This document shows, in pieces, positions 16,667 through 27,823 of a DNA stretch of 64,000 nucleotides. How positions within the stretch are numbered: the stretch's first letter is position 1; each line of letters opens with the position of its first letter. The position numbers and the translations under genes were made by a program. The DNA is taken from the NCBI RefSeq assembly GCF_003334765.1, contig NZ_QOWT01000021.1. The stretch is one strand, 5' to 3'. Origin of the DNA: Escherichia coli (lineage in GTDB: Bacteria; Pseudomonadota; Gammaproteobacteria; Enterobacterales; Enterobacteriaceae). The notes under the pieces are model-generated. The model had not been told where the DNA came from. It saw only the letters and a program-made list of their open reading frames with translations, and did not search any database.

Positions 16667-17239
16667 ATGAAACTCGTGCACATGGCCAGTGGTTTAGCGG
16701 TTGCGATTGCGTTGGCGGCTTGCGCAGATAAAAGCGCGGATATTCAGACGCCAGCACCGGCTGCAAATACGTCTATTTCAGCAACACAACAACCAGCTAT
16801 CCAGCAACCGAATGTCTCCGGTACCGTCTGGATCCGTCAGAAAGTCGCACTGCCGCCTGATGCTGTGCTGACCGTGACACTTTCTGACGCGTCGTTAGCC
16901 GATGCACCGTCAAAAGTGCTGGCGCAGAAAGCGGTGCGTACTGAAGGTAAACAGTCACCATTCAGCTTTGTTCTGCCATTTAACCCGGCAGATGTTCAGC
17001 CGAACGCGCGTATTCTGTTGAGTGCGGCGATTACCGTGAATGACAAACAGGTATTTATCACCGATACCGTTCAGCCGGTGATCAACCAGGGCGGAACTAA
17101 AGCCGACCTGACATTGGTGCCGGTACAGCAAACCGCCGTGCCGGTTCAGGCCAGCGGTGGCGCAACGACTACCGTACCTTCGACTTCACCAACTCAGGTG
17201 AATCCGTCTTCGGCAGTTCCAGCTCCTACGCAATATTAA
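16667..17239 (+). CDS. ybaY: Predicted outer-membrane lipoprotein YbaY (190 aa)
   Basis: Lipobox LAAC in the signal peptide, followed by a Pro/Ala/Thr-rich low-complexity region. Confidence 0.9.
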   Translation: MKLVHMASGLAVAIALAACADKSADIQTPAPAANTSISATQQPAIQQPNVSGTVWIRQKVALPPDAVLTVTLSDASLADAPSKVLAQKAVRTEGKQSPFSFVLPFNPADVQPNARILLSAAITVNDKQVFITDTVQPVINQGGTKADLTLVPVQQTAVPVQASGGATTTVPSTSPTQVNPSSAVPAPTQY

Positions 17240-17247
17240 GCGACGTT

Positions 17248-17271
17248 AACCCTCTCCGCCCGGAGAGGGTT
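17248..17271. repeat. GC-rich perfect palindrome AACCCTCTCCG-CC-CGGAGAGGGTT (possible bidirectional terminator / boxC-like element)
   Basis: Read directly between the convergent ybaY and atl 3' ends; overlaps the atl stop codon. Confidence 0.6.
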
Positions 17272-17659
17272 AGTAGTTCCAGCGATAACGCTGCAAGTCG
17301 ATTTGCCCGCTTCCCGATACCATCACACCTTCTGCCAGTAATGCCTGTCGCTGACGCTGTAAATCCGGTCCGGTTAGCGAAATTGTGCCGTGGCGATTAA
17401 CCACCCGGTGCCAGGGTAAGGTGCTGCCTTCAGGGAGACGCTTTAACACACCGCCCACCTGGCGCGCGGCGCGGGGCGATCCCGCCAGTTTCGCCACATC
17501 ACCGTAAGTGGTGACATAGCCTTCGGGAATAGCGGCGACGATTTGCCAGACGCGTTGGGGAAATGAATCTTCTTTTTCCATCTTTTCTTCCTGAGGTAAT
17601 TTTTCAGCATAATCTGGAAAAACGCCCGAGTGAAGTCGCATTGCGCAAGAAACCAGCAT
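17270..17659 (-). CDS. atl: Alkyltransferase-like DNA-binding protein Atl (129 aa)
   Basis: Start set at ATG 17657-17659 (MLVSCAMRLHSGVF); MGMT-like HTH fold; the active-site cysteine of true alkyltransferases is replaced (PWHRVV). Confidence 0.9.
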   Translation of the reverse strand: MLVSCAMRLHSGVFPDYAEKLPQEEKMEKEDSFPQRVWQIVAAIPEGYVTTYGDVAKLAGSPRAARQVGGVLKRLPEGSTLPWHRVVNRHGTISLTGPDLQRQRQALLAEGVMVSGSGQIDLQRYRWNY

Positions 17660-17735
17660 CTGGCACGCGATGGGTTGCAATTAGCCGGGGCAGCAGTGAT
17701 AATGCGCCTGCGCGTTGGTTCTCAACGCTCTCAAT

Positions 17736-17849
17736 GGGGGCTCTGTTGGTTCTCCCGCAACGCTACTCTGTTTACCAGGTCAGGTCCGGAAGGAAGCAGC
17801 CAAGGCAGATGACGCGTGTGCCGGGATGTAGCTGGCAGGGCCCCCACCC
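17736..17849 (+). ncRNA. ffs: 4.5S RNA, the signal recognition particle RNA (114 nt)
   Basis: Sequence GGGGGCTCTGTTGGTTCTCCCGCAACGC...GGCAGGGCCCCCACCC recognised; conserved domain IV GGAA tetraloop region; lies in the atl-ybaA gap. Confidence 0.95.
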
Positions 17850-17959
17850 ATTTCTGCCTCCCACCGTTTCGTCAAAAAATCCCAACATGGCTAAACTTTA
17901 ACCACAACTGACGTCGCAAGAATTGTCTGGCTGCGCAGTACGCTTCGGAGGTATGTCTG

Positions 17960-18313
17960 ATGAAGTATGTTGATGGTTTTGTGGTTGCCGTTCCTGCCGA
18001 TAAAAAGGATGCCTATCGGGAAATGGCCGCTAAGGCTGCGCCATTGTTTAAAGAGTTTGGCGCGCTTCGTATTGTCGAATGCTGGGCCAGCGATGTACCG
18101 GATGGCAAAGTGACCGATTTTCGTATGGCGGTGAAAGCGGAAGAGAATGAAGAGGTTGTCTTTAGCTGGATTGAATACCCTTCAAAAGAGGTCCGCGACG
18201 CTGCTAATCAAAAGATGATGTCGGACCCACGGATGAAAGAGTTCGGCGAGTCCATGCCGTTTGACGGCAAGCGAATGATCTATGGCGGATTCGAGTCAAT
18301 CATCGACGAATAG
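17960..18313 (+). CDS. ybaA: DUF1428 family protein YbaA (117 aa)
   Basis: ORF with plausible RBS; sequence matches YbaA. Confidence 0.88.
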   Translation: MKYVDGFVVAVPADKKDAYREMAAKAAPLFKEFGALRIVECWASDVPDGKVTDFRMAVKAEENEEVVFSWIEYPSKEVRDAANQKMMSDPRMKEFGESMPFDGKRMIYGGFESIIDE

Positions 18314-18354
18314 GTAGCGTGACGGGCTGTGCGGCGTGCCGTCAGCCCAAAAAT

Positions 18355-19911
18355 TCACAAATGTTGCTCGGCCCAGCGTAAGAAATCTTCTTTCGGTAAT
18401 GCCTTGCTGTAGAGCCAGCCCTGACCGTAGTGCACGCCATGCTGGCGTAACCACTCTTCTTGTTTACTGGTTTCGATTCCCTCCGCTACCATTTTCAGTT
18501 TCAGTGTTTTTGCCATTTCGATGATATGCGGCGTGACATTTTTATATTCCAGCGCATCAACGAAAGATTTATCGATCTTCAGAATGTCGACATCCAGATC
18601 CTGTAAATAACTTAAACTTGAATACCCCGTACCAAAATCATCAAGATAAATTTCATGGCCCGCCTCCCGGTAGCGAGAAATTATCGGGGCGCTGGTTTTC
18701 GGATCGGCAAACTCGCGTTCAGTGAGTTCAAGCGCGATCTGTCTGGGATTAACCTGATAGTGATTGATCATGTCACGCAGCAATTGCGGGATTTTTTCCG
18801 AGGTGAGCACGGGGGATTCAAGATTGATCGAAATATGCTGCTGTGGATGCTGACGCAGCCAGTCGCCCATATCTTCAAAGACGCTTCTTATAATCAGTAG
18901 CGTCAATGGCTCAGAAAGGCCCGTTTGCTGTGCCAGCGGAATAAAACTATCTGGTGACAACCAACTACCGTCTGTCTGCGGCCAGCGCGCCAGTGCCTCA
19001 GCACCGACAATTTTGCCATTGGCTAAGGAGACAATCGGCTGATAGTGCACGCAAATATCACGATTTTCGATAGCATCCTGCAGCCGATGATGCGGTGACT
19101 GAATACGGCGCAAAATACGCAGCACAAACATCGCTGCCAGCAGGCCAATCACCAACCCGAGCGGTAACCAAATAAAGACTTGCCGATGCCAGCCTTTCTG
19201 CAACATTTTCGTTGAAGCCCATGTGATGATCGAAATATTCATCTCCGGTAAGGGCAGGATATCGTAAATGATTCCATTATTTTCGATATGCTCACCGGGT
19301 GTTTTTTGTAGCCTGGTAATAATTCCCTGAGCAATTTCATCGCTGCTGGTTATGACAACGTTATGGGCATTGCCAATAATGGCGGCATCAATTTGCCATG
19401 AGCTATAGGGAATGACATCAATAAAGGAAGCGGGGTCGATCATGACGACATAATGTGCCGTTCCCATGGCGACCATGTAACGGATAATGCCTAAATCGTT
19501 ATGCGATGTTAACCAGACACGATAACCATCTTTCGAAATTTTACCTGGCTCGGGGAAGGTATCGGGCGGACTTTCATGCTCCAGAGACGAACACTGGGGA
19601 ACGTTGTTATCGATATAAGCCACTTCCTGAATATAGCGATAACTGTAAGATACCCGACGCATTTCCATGAGATGGGCTTCGCTACAGGCAGCGCCTTGCC
19701 ATCTTTCCAGCTCCTGCAGCGCATCTTTCCCTTGTGTCGCCACCTTATTGGCTCGAATAGCGACGCGGGAGGAATAGGTATCCAGCTCTTCAATAAACGA
19801 TGTTTCTACCTGCTGATGGGCCAGCCAGATGCTTAAGCCGACAGGCAGCAATACTGAAAGAATCAGTACTCCCGAAATAAGGCCGACCAGATGTCGTGTT
19901 CTCACCAGCAT
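18355..19911 (-). CDS. pdeB: c-di-GMP phosphodiesterase: CSS periplasmic domain plus EAL domain (about 516-518 aa)
   Basis: Two TM segments, periplasmic Cys-containing domain, C-terminal EAL domain (EALARW...DDFGTGYSS). Start may be ATG 19909-19911 or the in-frame GTG 6 nt downstream. Confidence 0.9.
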   Translation of the reverse strand: MLVRTRHLVGLISGVLILSVLLPVGLSIWLAHQQVETSFIEELDTYSSRVAIRANKVATQGKDALQELERWQGAACSEAHLMEMRRVSYSYRYIQEVAYIDNNVPQCSSLEHESPPDTFPEPGKISKDGYRVWLTSHNDLGIIRYMVAMGTAHYVVMIDPASFIDVIPYSSWQIDAAIIGNAHNVVITSSDEIAQGIITRLQKTPGEHIENNGIIYDILPLPEMNISIITWASTKMLQKGWHRQVFIWLPLGLVIGLLAAMFVLRILRRIQSPHHRLQDAIENRDICVHYQPIVSLANGKIVGAEALARWPQTDGSWLSPDSFIPLAQQTGLSEPLTLLIIRSVFEDMGDWLRQHPQQHISINLESPVLTSEKIPQLLRDMINHYQVNPRQIALELTEREFADPKTSAPIISRYREAGHEIYLDDFGTGYSSLSYLQDLDVDILKIDKSFVDALEYKNVTPHIIEMAKTLKLKMVAEGIETSKQEEWLRQHGVHYGQGWLYSKALPKEDFLRWAEQHL

Positions 19912-20068
19912 ATCCTTATTAACACAGTGTAGGGAAAGTATATCTGATTGTGGAAAAAGGCTGGCTGGAGATAAGGAGGTAGAGCTGGTATTTCATGAAG
20001 TGATGGGTGGAAACGATCATTGTCATTTGACCAGGCGCAGAGCTTTACGCCTGGTATGTAACCCTAAC

Positions 20069-20539
20069 TTAAGATGTTGATTCGGCGCGAGCGAGGGTAA
20101 AAATATCGTAAAAAGACAGTTCACCTTTACGGACGATCATTTTTTGCAGTTGTTCCTTATGAACATCCGCGACACGCGGAGAGTTCAAGATGGCTTCAAC
20201 CAGCGCGGCAGGTACAAAGCGCGTGTTGTACCATTCGCCGTTATAGCAAACGCGGAAATCCAGCACGTCGATATCTTCATAGCGGTAGCGTGGGTAGACA
20301 TCGAAAAAGAAGAAACCATTAAGCAGGATAAATAATACAACCAGTAGCCAGACAGAGCCTGACAGCGTTTCGGACTGCAACATCACCGCCAGGGTGGCAA
20401 AAAAAGCAACGTACATACCGATAAACAGCCCCGGATGTTTACGGATAAAACTGATACTAAAGCGGGGTTTGTTGTCGCGTTTTTCGCGGGTATTCAGAGA
20501 CTCAATCGTTTCGGTCAGCAGGCGTTGTATTTCGGTCAT
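20069..20539 (-). CDS. ylaC: Inner-membrane protein YlaC (156 aa)
   Basis: Start set at ATG 20537-20539 ([15 protein letters not shown]); two hydrophobic TM segments. Confidence 0.88.
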
Positions 20540-20654
20540 CGTTTGCCTTCGTGGTATCTGCAACTTTCCAGGGAACACCCTATTTTAACGTGGGAATAGT
20601 AGAGGGGAAGTAACAGATCTACCACAATTTTGCATAACAGTTGCGAAAAACCGA

Positions 20655-21206
20655 TTACAATTTTTTAATTATTCTGGCTGGATTACCGCCCACGACAACG
20701 TTGTCCGGGACATCTTTTGTGACAACTGCACCTGAGGCTACCACGACGTTATCACCAATGGTCACACCAGGGTTAATGACCGCGCGTCCGCCAATCCAGA
20801 CGTTATTACCGATGGTGACGGGTTTCCCCAGTTCAGCACCGCTATTACGTGCTACAGGGTCGATGGGATGTGTTGCCGTGTAGATATGAACGCCTGGTGC
20901 CAACATACAGTTATCACCGATGCGAATAGGGCAGACATCAAGCATCACGCAATCGAAGTTGGCGAAAAAATTATTACCGAGAAAAATGTTATAGCCATAG
21001 TCACAGCGAAACGTTGGCTCAATATAAGCCTCTGTCACCTGACCGAATAGATCAGCGAGAATTTGCTGGCGTAATGTGTGCTCTTCCGCCAGGGAATGAT
21101 TGTATCGGTGAATAAGCTGACGAGCGCGCAGGCGATCGCGAGATAACGTCTCATCTGCCGAGCGATACAACTCACCAGCAATCATCTTTTCTTTTTCTGT
21201 GCTCAT
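20655..21206 (-). CDS. maa: Maltose O-acetyltransferase, left-handed beta-helix hexapeptide repeat (183 aa)
   Basis: Hexapeptide repeats ([15 protein letters not shown]..., [25 protein letters not shown]). Confidence 0.95.
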
Positions 21207-21377
21207 TACTGACCTCCGGTTGCTGAAAATGCGGCAACACAGTAAGACGAAAAGTCAGTGAAGAGAACGTTCCCATTACATCTGTGTGATAAAGATCACA
21301 TAGGGTATGTCTTCATGGCGAAAAAGTATAAAATTCTTAATAAACAGCCGGTTATAGCTCCGAAAGCGAATTATTTA

Positions 21378-21596
21378 TTAGCGAATAAATTTCCATACTG
21401 AGGAAGGGATCTTGTCGTACAGTTTATTCATGGTCAATTCGGCGAGGCGGTGATCTGCGGCTGAGTAAAATACCGCCAGTTCATTATCTGATAATTCGTA
21501 TTTATTTTTCTCGATAACACGCTCCAGCGTGTCAATTGTCTGGCAACGACGTAAACGCATTAAATAATCGGTTTTCGTTAAAGGTTTTTCGGACAT
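21378..21596 (-). CDS. hha: Hha haemolysin-expression modulator, H-NS co-regulator (72 aa)
   Basis: Track ORF 21378-21842 is over-extended; ATG 21594-21596 gives [27 protein letters not shown]. Confidence 0.95.
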
Positions 21597-21621
21597 ACTT
21601 CTACCTATGGTTGTAATAATT

Positions 21622-21996
21622 CTAACAAGATAAACTCGCAGGATTCTCTTTCGTCGCATTGACAAAACAACGGAATAGTCGATTACCTGACTTCCGCCAT
21701 TTCTGAAGATCCTGCATATTAATACCATAACTACTGAACAACATAAAGGTGTCATCCAGATATTCGTCGATCTGCTCAATGAGCTTATTGTCTTCATTAT
21801 ACTTAATTTTGTAATTAAGTGCGAAGGTCGCAATATGCTCAATCAGTTCATTCAACTGGAGGTTGATCGCCGAGGTTGGGTCGTTTACCCAGCCATGATT
21901 GCTTTCTTCAAGGTTTGCAAGGCAGTCATGATACAGGGTTTCACAGAGAAACTTAAGCTGTGCGATATCATGTCTTTTGGGTGAGTATTCATCCAT
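21622..21996 (-). CDS. tomB: TomB (YbaJ), Hha-associated modulator (124 aa)
   Basis: Full-length match [26 protein letters not shown]; immediately upstream of hha in the same orientation. Confidence 0.93.
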
Positions 21997-22501
21997 AACG
22001 CGTCCCCTTCTTAGCGGTTGAACTAACGGACACCTTTCGGGATGGAAAAAACTTACTGACCTGGACTTGCCCTCTCGTTTGTTAGCTTAACTATAAGCCA
22101 CTCTTTGCAGGTTTTCATCGCATTATTACGAAAAATTACAATTAGGAAGGAAGCGGGACAGGACTCACTTTTTCATACTAGCACTAACCCGCAGCAGGTA
22201 AAAGCAGTTTGCTCGAACTATTCATAACATTTCAGGATTATCGCCAGATGAAATTGGTGACACTAATACCAGGATTGCTCTGAATATGACGTAATAACCG
22301 AGGAATGAATAAAGAATTACCGCAAATAATTAAGAATAGCCTCTAAATGATTATGGATTATTAAATCTATTAGCGCTACTTAATATAAATTAACTAACAA
22401 TCAGTATTTTTTATGAATTTTATCCGTGGTTAATACTGGTTTTCGTATGAGATCCTGAGTTGGTGGTTCAATTACTCCTTAATGTTCGTAGGTTATGCAT
22501 A

Positions 22502-22527
22502 AAAAAGGCCGCTTACGCGGCCTTAGT
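22502..22527 (-). terminator. Rho-independent terminator of acrAB
   Basis: On the minus strand GGCCGCGTAAGCGGCC hairpin followed by TTTTTT, just downstream of the acrB stop. Confidence 0.8.
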
Positions 22528-22541
22528 GATTACACGTTGTA

Positions 22542-25694
<3,153 letters not shown>

Positions 25695-25713
25695 TTAACG
25701 GCTCCTGTTTAAG

Positions 25714-26907
25714 TTAAGACTTGGACTGTTCAGGCTGAGCACCGCTTGCGGCTTGCTGGTTATTATCAGCGGTAACTTCTTGTGCTTTTACCTGGACACC
25801 AGGACGCACTTTCTGCAGCCCACTTATTACTACGCGATCGCCTGCTTTCAGACCTTCTGTCACCAGCCACTTATCGCCAATAGCCTGGCTTGCAACGATC
25901 GGACGGGTTTCCACTTTGTCATCCGCGCCAACTACCAGTACGGTGGCATCGCCACGCGGCGTACGGGTTACGCCCTGTTGCGGGACTAAAATAGCGTTTG
26001 GATTAAGCCCTTCTTCCAGACGTGCGCGCACGAACATACCCGGCAGCAGAGTGTGATCCGGGTTCGGGAAGATAGCGCGTAGGGTGATAGACCCAGTGGT
26101 CTGATCAACGGTAACGTCAGAGAATTCCAGCGTACCGTCCTGCGGGAACTTAATGCCGTCACTGGTGATCAGTGACACTTTGGCTTTGCCGTTCTCTTGT
26201 TTCAGCGTGCCATTCGCCAGTTCCTGTTTCAGGCGCAGGAAGTCGTTGCTGGACTGGGTCACATCAACGTAGATCGGATCAAGTTGCTGCACGGTTGCCA
26301 GCGCAGTCGCCTGACCGTTCTGTACCAATGCGCCTTCCGTCACGTTCGACTTACCAATGCGACCGCTAATCGGAGAGGTGACTTTGGTGTAAGCCAGATT
26401 GATCCGCGCAGTTTCAACGGCAGCTTTCGCCGCAGTTACCGCAGCATTCGCCTGTTGCGCATCAGCCAGAGCCTGATCGTACTCTTGCTTACTGATGTAC
26501 TGAGTACCGAGCAGTTTCTGATAACGATTCACCGTCAATTGCGCGATATTGGCTGCAGCCTGGGCTTTCGCCAGATCACCTTTCGCACTGTCGTATGTCG
26601 CCTGATAGGTCGCAGGATCAATCTGATAGAGAGAGACACCTGCTTCGATGTCGCTACCTTCTTTGAAATTACGCTTCAGGATAATCCCGCTAACTTGAGG
26701 ACGAACTTCTGCGATCCGGTAGGCACTGGTGCGACCCGGAAGCTCGGTTGTGATCTGCAGAGGTTCAGTTTTGACTGTTACTACGCCAACGGCGGGCATC
26801 TGCTGGCCACCTTGTTGGGCCTGTTTGTCGTCACATCCTGTTAGGGCTAAGCTGCCTGAGAGCATCAGAACGACCGCCAGAGGCGTAAACCCTCTGTTTT
26901 TGTTCAT
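25714..26907 (-). CDS. acrA: RND efflux periplasmic adaptor lipoprotein AcrA (397 aa)
   Basis: Start set at ATG 26905-26907 (MNKNRGFTPLAVVLMLSGSLALTGC, lipobox). Confidence 0.97.
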   Translation of the reverse strand: MNKNRGFTPLAVVLMLSGSLALTGCDDKQAQQGGQQMPAVGVVTVKTEPLQITTELPGRTSAYRIAEVRPQVSGIILKRNFKEGSDIEAGVSLYQIDPATYQATYDSAKGDLAKAQAAANIAQLTVNRYQKLLGTQYISKQEYDQALADAQQANAAVTAAKAAVETARINLAYTKVTSPISGRIGKSNVTEGALVQNGQATALATVQQLDPIYVDVTQSSNDFLRLKQELANGTLKQENGKAKVSLITSDGIKFPQDGTLEFSDVTVDQTTGSITLRAIFPNPDHTLLPGMFVRARLEEGLNPNAILVPQQGVTRTPRGDATVLVVGADDKVETRPIVASQAIGDKWLVTEGLKAGDRVVISGLQKVRPGVQVKAQEVTADNNQQAASGAQPEQSKS

Positions 26908-26996
26908 ATGTAAACCTCGAGTGTCCGATTTCAAATTGGTCAATGGTCAAAAGTTAATAAACCCATTGCTGCGTTTATATTATCGTCGTGCTATGG

Positions 26997-27020
26997 TACA
27001 TACATTCACAAATGTATGTA
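26997..27020. promoter_or_regulatory. AcrR operator, 24-bp palindrome TACATACATTCACAAATGTATGTA, in the divergent acrAB/acrR promoter region
   Basis: Palindrome read directly between acrA and acrR; matches the known AcrR binding site. Confidence 0.9.
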
Positions 27021-27048
27021 AATCTAACGCCTGTAAATTCACGAACAT

Positions 27049-27696
27049 ATGGCACGAAAAACCAAACAAGAAGCGCAAGAAACGCGCCAACACATCCTCG
27101 ATGTGGCTCTACGTCTTTTCTCACAGCAGGGGGTATCATCCACCTCGCTGGGCGAGATTGCAAAAGCAGCTGGCGTTACGCGCGGTGCAATCTACTGGCA
27201 TTTTAAAGACAAGTCGGATTTGTTCAGTGAGATCTGGGAACTGTCAGAATCCAATATTGGTGAACTAGAGCTTGAGTATCAGGCAAAATTCCCTGGCGAT
27301 CCACTCTCAGTATTAAGAGAGATATTAATTCATGTTCTTGAATCCACGGTGACAGAAGAACGGCGTCGATTATTGATGGAGATTATATTCCACAAATGCG
27401 AATTTGTCGGAGAAATGGCTGTTGTGCAACAGGCACAACGTAATCTCTGTCTGGAAAGTTATGACCGTATAGAACAAACGTTAAAACATTGTATTGAAGC
27501 GAAAATGTTGCCTGCGGATTTAATGACGCGTCGCGCAGCAATTATTATGCGCGGCTATATTTCCGGCCTGATGGAAAACTGGCTCTTTGCCCCGCAATCT
27601 TTTGATCTTAAAAAAGAAGCCCGCGATTACGTTGCCATCTTACTGGAGATGTATCTCCTGTGCCCCACGCTTCGTAATCCTGCCACTAACGAATAA
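27049..27696 (+). CDS. acrR: TetR-family repressor AcrR (215 aa)
   Basis: Tet[34 protein letters not shown]; divergent from acrAB. Confidence 0.97.
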
Positions 27697-27823
27697 CCCT
27701 GAATCTGACTCCAGGATTTTTCCTGGACATTTTCGTCGTTGCTATTCTGGTTCACTGCGTCGTGATATTCTTGCGGTTTGACTTTTTCAGGTCGTTCTTC
27801 AGGTTCAGAAACCTTCATTCATC

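Noticed and set aside
21997-22541. Possible insertion sequence or prophage remnant in the large AT-rich gap
   Set aside because: No terminal inverted repeats, direct repeats or transposase/integrase-like ORF; the composition is more consistent with a regulatory leader.
26197-26844. 215-aa plus-strand ORF antisense to acrA
   Set aside because: Overlaps acrA completely on the opposite strand; random-looking translation.
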